Below, piece after piece: positions 30,538-40,202 of a stretch of DNA of 64,000 bases; position 1 is the stretch's first letter, and every line of letters starts with the position of its first letter. The DNA comes from a virus, in IMG/VR virus record IMGVR_UViG_3300032116_000147, positions 4,966 through 68,965 of that record, one strand, 5' to 3'. The notes beneath the pieces were generated by a model, which ran no database searches, was not told the DNA's origin, and saw only the letters and a list, made by a program, of their open reading frames with translations. Position numbers and translations under genes: made by a program.

Positions 30538-32684
30538 TGTCATCTTGTGGATTGTCAACAATATTAAGTGTCACTGGTGATTGTCAATCAACCACATCAG
30601 GAGCGTTTTCATTAGATATAGTCGGAACGGCTCCTGATTATACAATTGTTTGGAATTATCCAATAACATCAACAATACCACTTGGACCAAGTGTAACAAA
30701 CTATTCAGAATATGGTTTATCTGCTGGTACATATACATTTACAGTTTATGATTCTTGTTCACCTTCGGTTTCAGTACTTGTTAGTTTGTATATTTCATCA
30801 GGAACTTGTGTTTCAATATCACATGAAATTAATACAATTTGTGGATTAAATAATGGAAGTTTGACGGCATATACCCAAAACATTTATTCAAATCCTACTT
30901 TTTATTTATATGAGACAACAAATGGGTATATATCATCCGGAAGTTCATTTACCAATGAATTTATTTTTAACGGATTAGAACCAGGGGTTTATTATGTGAT
31001 TGCTGATGATGGAGGTGGTTGTGAAGGAATAAGTGAAAGTTGTATTATTAAAAGTTCGTCCACTTTAAACTTTGGTTTTTATGTTGTAAATGATGCTGGA
31101 TGTACAACGGATTCTGGAAAAATATTTATTACAGGATTAACAGGTTCACCACCATATTCATATTTGTGGTCTAATGGTGAGACATCACCATCAATCACAG
31201 GATTAACTAGCGGGACTTACAGTGTGACTGTGACGGATAATACTGGATGTTCATATGGTAGTGGAACAACTGTTTTTACCGTACCTCATATTGGATTTGC
31301 ATCAGTAACGTCAATTAGTCCATCATGTTTTTTAGCGGATGGTTCAGTTACAGTTACTGTAACAGGGGGTACTGCACCATTTTATTTTTCAGGTACTAAT
31401 GGTGAAAGTGTTGTAACTTTCTCAACAAGTTATACTTTTAATAATTTGAACTCAGGGTATTTTAGTGTATCTGTAACAGACGCTGGATTATGTAATGCGT
31501 ATGTTTCAACAAGTGTACTTACACCCGGAGGTTTTAGTTTGATTTCGGTAACTACAACTCAAAGTATTTGTGGTAACAATACAGGTAGTATATCTATAGT
31601 TTTATTAGGAGGTACCCCTGATTATATTTACAGTATAACAGGAAGTTCAGGAACAGTTATTTCAACAACAAGCTCATCTCCAAATTATATCTTCAATAAT
31701 TTACCTGCGGATATCTATTCATTAGAAATTAGTGATAATGGACCTTGTGTTTATTATGATGTTATAACAATTACAACCGAGGATAGTTTTACTTTAACAA
31801 CATCAATAACTGGTGCAACTTGTAATGAAATTAATGGTGAAGTAGAAGTTACAATTACTAGTGGTGGAACCGCCCCGTATTTATATCAATTGAACGGACA
31901 ATCGGTTACGACTACTGATTTAAGTTATCTTTTTACAAATTTAAATTCAGGTAATTATGTTGTTTCAGTTACAGATGCTACAGGTTGTACTCAAAATGAA
32001 AATATAGTAATTCCTGATTTATCCTCAATTGATTTTATTTTATATGGTACAAATCCTACTGATGGGAATAATGACGGAATAATTAACATTTTTATAACAG
32101 AAGGTAATCCACCTTTTACAATAAACTGGAGTAGTAATGTAAATGGACAAACAGGGTTAACTATTACAAATTTAAGTGCTGGTACATATTCAGTAACAAT
32201 TACTGACAGTGATGGTTGTACATTATTTAGAGAAATAACTTTAGAAGGTTACAATATTATTTCTAATTATGGTGTATTTGGTATTTGTAGTGAAACTTTT
32301 GCTTATAACGGAGTTGTAACAAAAAAAGGACCACAACAGATGCTCATTGAAGGTTTTTATGATTTAACCTCAGGTGATTATGGTTGTATATTAAATGGTT
32401 CAATTTTTACTGCTATTGTTGAAGTAAGTGGTGTAACAGCTCAAACATCATTTTATACTGGTACTACTTTAGGTGATTTTCCTGCAGATAACGTAGTTAC
32501 TTCCACCATTGAAAATTTAATATTAGGTTTTGCTGGTATTGATAGTGTCTCAATAGACTTGGTTGGTAATAAAATTACTATTAGTACGGGATGTAGTGAC
32601 CAAACAATCTCATTTGTGGATGTAAATGTTAAAATATCCATAAACATATTTTACGATATTTCATGTGTTGCATGTGGACCTTAA
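30537..32684 (+). CDS. SprB-repeat protein, putative tail fibre/adhesin
   Basis: About seven repeats of C...G.I.....GG..PY.Y......L..G.Y.V.VTD..GC (e.g. GGTAPYLYQLNG, GTYSVTVTDNTGC). Confidence 0.75.
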   Translation: MSSCGLSTILSVTGDCQSTTSGAFSLDIVGTAPDYTIVWNYPITSTIPLGPSVTNYSEYGLSAGTYTFTVYDSCSPSVSVLVSLYISSGTCVSISHEINTICGLNNGSLTAYTQNIYSNPTFYLYETTNGYISSGSSFTNEFIFNGLEPGVYYVIADDGGGCEGISESCIIKSSSTLNFGFYVVNDAGCTTDSGKIFITGLTGSPPYSYLWSNGETSPSITGLTSGTYSVTVTDNTGCSYGSGTTVFTVPHIGFASVTSISPSCFLADGSVTVTVTGGTAPFYFSGTNGESVVTFSTSYTFNNLNSGYFSVSVTDAGLCNAYVSTSVLTPGGFSLISVTTTQSICGNNTGSISIVLLGGTPDYIYSITGSSGTVISTTSSSPNYIFNNLPADIYSLEISDNGPCVYYDVITITTEDSFTLTTSITGATCNEINGEVEVTITSGGTAPYLYQLNGQSVTTTDLSYLFTNLNSGNYVVSVTDATGCTQNENIVIPDLSSIDFILYGTNPTDGNNDGIINIFITEGNPPFTINWSSNVNGQTGLTITNLSAGTYSVTITDSDGCTLFREITLEGYNIISNYGVFGICSETFAYNGVVTKKGPQQMLIEGFYDLTSGDYGCILNGSIFTAIVEVSGVTAQTSFYTGTTLGDFPADNVVTSTIENLILGFAGIDSVSIDLVGNKITISTGCSDQTISFVDVNVKISINIFYDISCVACGP

Positions 32685-32695
32685 AAAAATAAAAA

Positions 32696-35140
32696 ATGAT
32701 ATATAAAGTTCAAAATACTGGTACTACTGATTATATTGGTTTTTCATTTGTAGATGAACCGACATCAAATACCAAAGTTATTAATATACAACCGAATTAC
32801 AAATATTTTGTAAATTCTATCTTTGGATTAATTTCTCCATCACCAACTATTGTTGTTGATTTTGTATCAAGTAATAATGATACTTTAATGATTTTTGATT
32901 CATGTTGTGGAAGTGAAAGTTTTTCAATATATGGTTACGATTCAACAACTAATAAGGCGTTAACTCCTTTTACAGGTTTAACAACTAATGAATTTTCTCC
33001 TTTAAATGAATCAATTGCTTTTGAGATAGTAGTATCTTCTGATAATCCAAATACTTATTTAACAGGTTGTTTTGAATATATAGGAACAGGAGAAACATCT
33101 GCGACTACAATACATCCTTTACAATCCGTTGTTGCATTCCCTATTAATAATTTAGATAAGTCAGATAACGTAGATGCAAATTTTATATCTACATGTAGTA
33201 GTTGTATATCTAAATACCCATGTATAGAATCTTTAATATATTTCAAACTATGTTGTGAAGATAATACTAATCCAAATAATAATTTTGCTTTAACAACAAG
33301 TATTGGTACATTTATACCTGGAGAAGTTTACTATGTTTCTACTCCAACTTTTAATTGTTGTGCTGAGGTTATTAGTAGTCCTACTCAGACTATCTATCCA
33401 ATTTATGATGTACCAATAACATATTTTCAGTATAATGGATGTATTGAGTGTCTTGGGTCAAATCAAATTTGTTTTGAAGAAGTTGGAAATGAACCTGAAC
33501 CATTTTATACTGCGGACACACCTTGTGGTGTGGTATATGTGTTAAAAAATGAATGTGAACCAATTACTATTTACCCTGTTGGATTAGATTGTTTTACTAC
33601 AAATATATCTTCTTATGGTTTATCTGATGGTACCGCAACATTGGTTATTTCTGGAGGTACACCACCTTATGTAATTTCTTGGAGTAATACAAATTTTATG
33701 AACGAAAATATAAATCAATATTTATATAATCTCCCACCGGGTACATATCAAGCGACTGTAACTGATTATTATGGTGATTTTACAGAGACTGTTGACTGTG
33801 TGATTCCTGGTATTACACCACCACCTCCTGAGCCAACACCTGAGCCAACACCTGTTCCGATAGTTGGTGATTTTTGTATGACTTTAAAGTCTTCACTAAT
33901 TCATTTTCAAACAAGTGTATTTGTTGATGGAAAACCAAGTTATATTAGTGATAACGGACTTTATAGTATTACATGGTCAGATATAAATCAAAGATGGTCA
34001 TTAAATAATTATACAAGTTCATTTCAGGTATTAAATAATAATCCGGTTTATCCACCAATTACAGGATGGTATTATGTTGGACAAGGCGGTCAACCAATAG
34101 TAGTTGAAGGTCAGTGTTTTTCTACTGAACTTTGTGTGTTTTTTAGTGGAGTTTGTGGTGAAGAATTCATTACTCTAACTGAATCATATGATATAGATGG
34201 AATTCAAACTTGGATTGGTGATTTACCATGTTCTACACCAGGTGATTTTTTAATTTATTTTAATACTACCACTGATAAATGGGAGACAAGTGGTATGACA
34301 AATGTCGTAGGTATTACTGTAGAGGCGGAAATTGATGGTTCACCTATTGGTATTTGGGATGTAAGTTCTAATGAATTTGAATTTTATAGTACCGATGACC
34401 CCTGTGGTAATACAGGTGTTTTAAAAATGAGTATTACCAAAAATAACCCAATTAATGGTTCTGATGGAAACATAGTTATTAATACTGAAGGTGGGGTTTC
34501 ACCTTACACTTATTCTATTGATGGTGGTACATCTTTTAAAAGTGTTCCTATTTTTAATAAACTAAATCCTGGATTATATCCTGTTCAGACTAAAGATGCT
34601 AGTGGTCAAACAGTAAACTCTGTTATTAAATTGAATAATTTACCTTACAAAACAATATATAATGTTTCTTTAAGTACATCATTTGTAATCATTTCAAGTA
34701 CAAGTACTATATTAACAAAAGAATATTATACAAATGTTACAGTTTCACCTCCTATACCTAGCGGTTCAACTTTAACATTTGATTTGGTTCATACTAATGA
34801 TTTTGAAACCTCCCCAAGTTACACTTCTGCAACAATCACAACAAGTAGCGTTCTTACAAAAAATTCTTCAGTAGTTCCAATCACTTCAACATCTTTTGCG
34901 ACAGGTGAAACTTTAAATACTTACATCACTTGTACCTCTTATAATATTTACAGTTCAGCAAATACTGAAAATTGGAATAATATAACTATGTCATATGGAG
35001 ATGTTGTTTTAATAACGACAAATACTACTGTAAATAAAAATGAAAAGGTTTCATGTTATTTGGGACAATCACAAGAATCATATTCAATTGTTAATGTAAA
35101 TATTAGTGGATGTAGTCCTTGTGGTATTTTAGTTACTTAA
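32696..35140 (+). CDS. Cys-rich modular protein with SprB repeats and Pro-rich linker
   Basis: GGTPPYVISWS..LPPGTYQATVTD, GGVSPYTYSIDGG..LNPGLY, PPPEPTPEPTP linker, CC and CxxC modules. Confidence 0.65.
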   Translation: MIYKVQNTGTTDYIGFSFVDEPTSNTKVINIQPNYKYFVNSIFGLISPSPTIVVDFVSSNNDTLMIFDSCCGSESFSIYGYDSTTNKALTPFTGLTTNEFSPLNESIAFEIVVSSDNPNTYLTGCFEYIGTGETSATTIHPLQSVVAFPINNLDKSDNVDANFISTCSSCISKYPCIESLIYFKLCCEDNTNPNNNFALTTSIGTFIPGEVYYVSTPTFNCCAEVISSPTQTIYPIYDVPITYFQYNGCIECLGSNQICFEEVGNEPEPFYTADTPCGVVYVLKNECEPITIYPVGLDCFTTNISSYGLSDGTATLVISGGTPPYVISWSNTNFMNENINQYLYNLPPGTYQATVTDYYGDFTETVDCVIPGITPPPPEPTPEPTPVPIVGDFCMTLKSSLIHFQTSVFVDGKPSYISDNGLYSITWSDINQRWSLNNYTSSFQVLNNNPVYPPITGWYYVGQGGQPIVVEGQCFSTELCVFFSGVCGEEFITLTESYDIDGIQTWIGDLPCSTPGDFLIYFNTTTDKWETSGMTNVVGITVEAEIDGSPIGIWDVSSNEFEFYSTDDPCGNTGVLKMSITKNNPINGSDGNIVINTEGGVSPYTYSIDGGTSFKSVPIFNKLNPGLYPVQTKDASGQTVNSVIKLNNLPYKTIYNVSLSTSFVIISSTSTILTKEYYTNVTVSPPIPSGSTLTFDLVHTNDFETSPSYTSATITTSSVLTKNSSVVPITSTSFATGETLNTYITCTSYNIYSSANTENWNNITMSYGDVVLITTNTTVNKNEKVSCYLGQSQESYSIVNVNISGCSPCGILVT

Positions 35141-35167
35141 TTTTTAAAATTTATATATTTATTAACG

Positions 35168-37573
35168 ATGACATATATACTCAAAAATACATCCGGATTA
35201 ATTAATTCAAGACTAACAGACGCTGGAAGATTGAAGTTATCAGAAGGAAATTTTAATATTTCTTATTTCCAAATTGGTGATAGTGAAGTATCCTATAATA
35301 CTTTACCAAGTAGTTATAACCAATATAATACAATGGTTTTAGAACCAAACTACAATTCACAAAATTCAAGTTTTGTTCCTGAGACTAATAAACAGTACGT
35401 AAAATATCCATATTTTGTTCAAGGAAATAAAGGTAATACATATGGTATACCTTTTATGGATTCTTCAGTCAGTTCAATATACAACAGAGCTGCTATGAGA
35501 GGATTTTTTACAGGTGATTTAACCGCTACCACAATAGATTGGAGTGCGAGAACAAATAGCTCTTATGTAATTAATTCGAACTATGTTGTTGATATGTTGA
35601 CATTAAGTGGTGGTACTTTTATAGATTTAATATATTCGGGTTGTAATACTGATATTGTAAGGTTGCCAAAAGTAGGTGATATTATCACAATTTATTATGA
35701 TGGTAATGGTTTAGATAATTGTTATTGTGAAATAACTCCAACACCTACTTCAACAAGTGTTTTAACTCCAACTCCTACGCCAACACCTTCATCAACATTA
35801 GTTTACCCATGTAATACGTCTACACCAACACCGACTCCTACTTCAACAGTATGTTTATCACCAACACCAAAAATTGATTGTACACCGACTCCATTACCTG
35901 AGTGTGTTACTCAAATTACAAACTGTTATCCTATATTAACTTATAAGATTGTTTCAATTTGTGGGAGTTTAATTGAATTAGATAGACCAACTCCTGATTA
36001 TAGTGTATTTTTACCTGGTTGTTATGGTAGAATTTTAATTTACCCATCAGATATGTTTGAAATATATGATAGTGTAACACCAAGACAACATTGGAAAGAT
36101 GATGTTATTAATTTTGAATCAATATGTGATACTGACCAATTTGATGTTAAAATTTGGAATATGAATATTCCATGGTCAGAAAGTCCAGCAGGATTAATCT
36201 CAACCTCAAATCAAGATTATACAAATTTTGGTTCTATTGAATACTTGGGGTCAAAAGAGTATTTTGGTTACGCTTCTTCATCAGGACAAACTGATACCGA
36301 TTCAGTTTACTATTACAATTCGTTTTCTGAAAAAGTTATTGTAACACCTGAAGAACAAAAATCGATAGCTATAATACATTATACTAATCAAACTATTGAT
36401 AATTTTTATGGTGAAAAATTTGCTTTAGAACCATATTCACAATCAATACAGAATGACACTTATGGTCAAGCAAGAAATTTCAAATTACATATTCCATGGT
36501 TAATGTGGCATAAATCACCTGTTTGTTGTAGTGGACAAACATTTTGGGTTGACCCACCTGGATTTGATAATTTAAATTTGTTTGAGGTTCATTATATGGA
36601 GTCTAAAAAAAATTCGGATATGAATAATCCTGGGTTACGTTATTATCACTTATGGGATACAAATGTAAACACAAATGGTTATCCTAATAGAATTGGTAAA
36701 GTATTTCCTGATGATAAAATAGTAATAATTGATGATGAAGAAATAATAGCGGCAATGTCTTATAAATCAAATAGAAACTGGACTTTACCCGCACCTAAAA
36801 TTTCTTTAGTTACACCTAATACATGTGGGAATGAATCAGTATCTAATGGTATTTTGACTGGAGATACTGAATATTTGTATGTTACTTATAGATTTAGTAA
36901 TAGTAGTGCATTTACAGAATCATTACACTGTAATTATTATGTGAAAATTCAAGGACCTAAAATTAATTGTAATACATATGGTGAACAAAATGTCGCGGTT
37001 AGATTTGGACCTGAATTTGAATGTTTAAATTACATTAATGTTTTACCACTAACTTTAACTGGTTTTATAGGAGACTCATTCCAATTAATAGTACAAAAAG
37101 TTGAAGGAGATGCTAGACCAAATCCTGCTGAATGGAAAATTATTGATTATACCGAATATCTTTCAGCTACAACAATAAATGGATATATAACACAATCAGG
37201 ACTTACGGGAACAACTTTTGTTGTAACACAAGATGATTATGATACCGCACCAACTTACAATTTAGATAATTATATCGATTTACCGCAAGTTGGACAAACA
37301 GGAGTAACTCTAAACTTTGGAGACGAGTATTATTTTTATGGTTCATTAGAAACTGATATTCAAGCCACAATTTATGAAATGAAATATAAAGTTAATTTAG
37401 GTCAGGCGGAATTTCAAACTTCCCAAAATCCTTCTTGGACATTTGGAAATAATTCTTATATAACTGAAATTGGACTTTATGATTCTGAAAAAAATCTAAT
37501 GATTGTTTCTAAAATGCAATCACCAATTTTGAGAACAGGTATCCAACAGTTTTTAGTTAAATTTGATTTTTAA
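35168..37573 (+). CDS. Tail-collar/fibre attachment protein with Pro/Thr-rich insert
   Basis: N-terminal LTDAGRLKL..ISYFQIGD and C-terminal YITEIGLYD..LMIVSK..PI match the tail-collar fibre (DUF3751-like) pattern; TPTPT repeats. Confidence 0.6.
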   Translation: MTYILKNTSGLINSRLTDAGRLKLSEGNFNISYFQIGDSEVSYNTLPSSYNQYNTMVLEPNYNSQNSSFVPETNKQYVKYPYFVQGNKGNTYGIPFMDSSVSSIYNRAAMRGFFTGDLTATTIDWSARTNSSYVINSNYVVDMLTLSGGTFIDLIYSGCNTDIVRLPKVGDIITIYYDGNGLDNCYCEITPTPTSTSVLTPTPTPTPSSTLVYPCNTSTPTPTPTSTVCLSPTPKIDCTPTPLPECVTQITNCYPILTYKIVSICGSLIELDRPTPDYSVFLPGCYGRILIYPSDMFEIYDSVTPRQHWKDDVINFESICDTDQFDVKIWNMNIPWSESPAGLISTSNQDYTNFGSIEYLGSKEYFGYASSSGQTDTDSVYYYNSFSEKVIVTPEEQKSIAIIHYTNQTIDNFYGEKFALEPYSQSIQNDTYGQARNFKLHIPWLMWHKSPVCCSGQTFWVDPPGFDNLNLFEVHYMESKKNSDMNNPGLRYYHLWDTNVNTNGYPNRIGKVFPDDKIVIIDDEEIIAAMSYKSNRNWTLPAPKISLVTPNTCGNESVSNGILTGDTEYLYVTYRFSNSSAFTESLHCNYYVKIQGPKINCNTYGEQNVAVRFGPEFECLNYINVLPLTLTGFIGDSFQLIVQKVEGDARPNPAEWKIIDYTEYLSATTINGYITQSGLTGTTFVVTQDDYDTAPTYNLDNYIDLPQVGQTGVTLNFGDEYYFYGSLETDIQATIYEMKYKVNLGQAEFQTSQNPSWTFGNNSYITEIGLYDSEKNLMIVSKMQSPILRTGIQQFLVKFDF

Positions 37574-37683
37574 TTTCTTTAAGTTAAATGTCTTTACAAT
37601 TCTAACATTTTAACGAATTTTATATAAAATAATATTCGATAGGTGTATTCTTGTTACCTATAAAAGGATAACTAAATTATATA

Positions 37684-38286
37684 ATGAGTAAAAATAGATT
37701 AAAAGAAAGTCCAAAAGTATTGGGATTAGACGTATCAACTCGCACAATAGGATGGGCATTATTTGATATACAAACAAAAGAATTATTAGAATTAACTCAT
37801 GTTTCACCTGTCCCAAAACCAAAAGAGGAAAATAAAATTAAAGAACTTATTTTGAAAAGTGAAATTTTCAAAACAAAATTAGTACAATATAAAGATTTAG
37901 GTATCACTAAAGTTATCATTGAAGAACCTCTATTAAATAGTAATAACGTTTATACTATTCAAACCTTATTAAGGTTTAATACTTTAATTACTAAACAAAT
38001 TTATGATGTATTGGGTATAGTTCCTGATTACATTTCTACCTATAACTCAAGAAAGTTTGCTTTTCCTGAATTAGTTCAAAAAAACGATAAGAATAAAATG
38101 GTATTGTTTGGTGGTTACTCAAAAGATTGTGATAAAAAACAAATAATTTGGGATTTAGTTGCAAAAAAAGAACCACAAATTCAGTGGCAATATACAAAAA
38201 ACAATACTCTTAAAAAAGAAAACTTTGACCAAACTGATGCTTACGCTTGTGTTTTAGGTTATATGAATCAAGAAAATATTTGGTAA
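37684..38286 (+). CDS. RuvC-like Holliday junction resolvase
   Basis: VLGLDVSTRTIGWA, IIEEP, DQTDAY acidic catalytic residues of the RNase H fold. Confidence 0.8.
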   Translation: MSKNRLKESPKVLGLDVSTRTIGWALFDIQTKELLELTHVSPVPKPKEENKIKELILKSEIFKTKLVQYKDLGITKVIIEEPLLNSNNVYTIQTLLRFNTLITKQIYDVLGIVPDYISTYNSRKFAFPELVQKNDKNKMVLFGGYSKDCDKKQIIWDLVAKKEPQIQWQYTKNNTLKKENFDQTDAYACVLGYMNQENIW

Positions 38287-38291
38287 AAATA

Positions 38292-40202
38292 TTATGGGGT
38301 TATCGTTACTGTCCAGTTATATGGTGGGCCTGTAAGTAATAAATAATCAGGATTAGTTAAACCTCCCGTTGGGGATTGAGTACCAGATAGGTTCAATGTT
38401 CGATTGTACAATGTATTGGATACAGCGATAGTTGCTACGTCATCTAATATAAAGTCAACCGCCGCAGTTTTAAGACCGGTACTCGCAAAATTGATTGATA
38501 ATATATTGGTCATTGCTGAGAATGTTGATGTCCAACCTGTTAATAATGAACTACCTACGGAAGTAAATGTTCTTAAAGTTGATGGGAAGTCACCTTGTAT
38601 TATTTGTGTACTATTTATGAAATTATTATTACTAATAGTTAAAGTTACAAGAGAAGTATGTCCCGAAAGATTTGTTGTTCCAGTTAATTCGTTGACGAAT
38701 AAATCTATTGATGTTGCTCCTTGAGTATAATTAAAATCAAAGTTTGTTAACTTATTTTGTCTAAAACTTATTGTTTTAATTGATGGTGGGAATTGTGTTG
38801 TCCATCCTGATAAACTAACACTATCTAATCTGAAAGTTTGTAATGACGTAGCACCTGTTAAATCTACAGTCCATTGTGGAACATATTGTAAAGGTCCATT
38901 ATCACTCATATTAAAAGTCACACAACTTGTTGGGAAGTTACTTGTATATCCTGTTATGTCATTCAAATCCAATCTTAATGTTTGAATACTATTTGGAAAT
39001 ATAGGTGGTAATGTTGTTAAATTGTTATTGTCTAATCTTAATGTTGTTAATGATGTACATCCCGATATTGTATTTGTAAATGAACTTAAAACGAGATTAC
39101 TATTTAAATCTAAATTAGTTAAATTCGTATTTGCCGATAAATCAATATCAAAATTACGGATTCTGTTACCATTAAGATTGGCAATTTCCGCAGATACTGG
39201 TAATGTATATGTCCATCCTGATAATGAGGAATTAGAAAAAACATTTATTAATTCAAGACCTGTGCAACCCGATAAATTATTGGTCACATTAAGTATTGGT
39301 AATGATGTATTAAGTACAATGTATAATTCAAGGAATGTTGAGCCAGTTGGTACCGTCACATTCAAGTTAGTTAAACTATTATTGTTTGTTAACCTTAAAG
39401 TTCTAAATGAACTACTTCCTGAAAAATTGTAGGTAAACCCTGACATATCAGTATTCTGAATTAATAGTTCTCTAAAGACTGGTAATGTTGCCAAATTAGT
39501 TGTAGGACTAAATTGGAAATTTTGAGACCCTGGAGCATTTGTATTATAGATATAAAAATCAACAAGTGAGTTAGGTAAACTCGAACTAAAATCAGTTAGA
39601 GTTGTACCTGATAACCAAATATCAGTCGCCGCAGTAAATGCACTAAAAGTATAACTATTCTCAATAATATCTGAAATGTTAGATAACTTAATCTCTCTTA
39701 TATAATCTGTTGACAAAGATGATGAAAGTTGAAAATTCTCACATGTTGCGGTAAACGTATTCAATGAATATGTATGTGTAAAAGAATAATCTGCAAATGT
39801 GAATGGAAATGGGGGATTAGTAAAATTAACTAAATAAGAAGAACCATCACCCCAATCAATGTCAAAACTACTTACCGCGGCACTTCTTGCTTCTATAATA
39901 AGTGGATTAGTTCCATTTATATTAACCACTTGAAAATACGGAGGTATAATTGGTAGTGGTGTCGGGGTCGGAGAAGGTGTACAATCATAAATTTCGAATC
40001 TATCACAACCATCTGAAGTAACTATTAAAATACCAACCGATGGTGAGGTATCGAAAGATGGTGGTAAAAATATTGTAATACTTGGGGGTACTGATGTTAA
40101 TATACTTGAAACCAAAACACAGTTGTTTCCATAAACATCACATGTGTAGATTGAATACGGATTGTTTAAACCTGTTATATTTGTTAAAGTAATACTTTTC
40201 AT
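38292..40202 (-). CDS. Leucine-rich-repeat protein with N-terminal Cys domain, PT linker and PKD-like motif
   Basis: Repeats such as LTTLRLDNNNLTTLPPIFP and LTNLDLNSN; IDWGDGS..FTHTY; TPSPTPTP linker. Confidence 0.8.
   Translation of the reverse strand: MKSITLTNITGLNNPYSIYTCDVYGNNCVLVSSILTSVPPSITIFLPPSFDTSPSVGILIVTSDGCDRFEIYDCTPSPTPTPLPIIPPYFQVVNINGTNPLIIEARSAAVSSFDIDWGDGSSYLVNFTNPPFPFTFADYSFTHTYSLNTFTATCENFQLSSSLSTDYIREIKLSNISDIIENSYTFSAFTAATDIWLSGTTLTDFSSSLPNSLVDFYIYNTNAPGSQNFQFSPTTNLATLPVFRELLIQNTDMSGFTYNFSGSSSFRTLRLTNNNSLTNLNVTVPTGSTFLELYIVLNTSLPILNVTNNLSGCTGLELINVFSNSSLSGWTYTLPVSAEIANLNGNRIRNFDIDLSANTNLTNLDLNSNLVLSSFTNTISGCTSLTTLRLDNNNLTTLPPIFPNSIQTLRLDLNDITGYTSNFPTSCVTFNMSDNGPLQYVPQWTVDLTGATSLQTFRLDSVSLSGWTTQFPPSIKTISFRQNKLTNFDFNYTQGATSIDLFVNELTGTTNLSGHTSLVTLTISNNNFINSTQIIQGDFPSTLRTFTSVGSSLLTGWTSTFSAMTNILSINFASTGLKTAAVDFILDDVATIAVSNTLYNRTLNLSGTQSPTGGLTNPDYLLLTGPPYNWTVTITP

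Noticed and set aside
37639-37676. PreQ1-I riboswitch
   Set aside because: Hairpin plus A-rich tail is superficially similar, but the loop lacks the conserved ligand-binding sequence and the downstream gene is unrelated to queuosine.
37684-38286. TnpB/Cas12-like RuvC effector
   Set aside because: Only 200 aa, no Zn ribbon or recognition lobe; fits a stand-alone resolvase.
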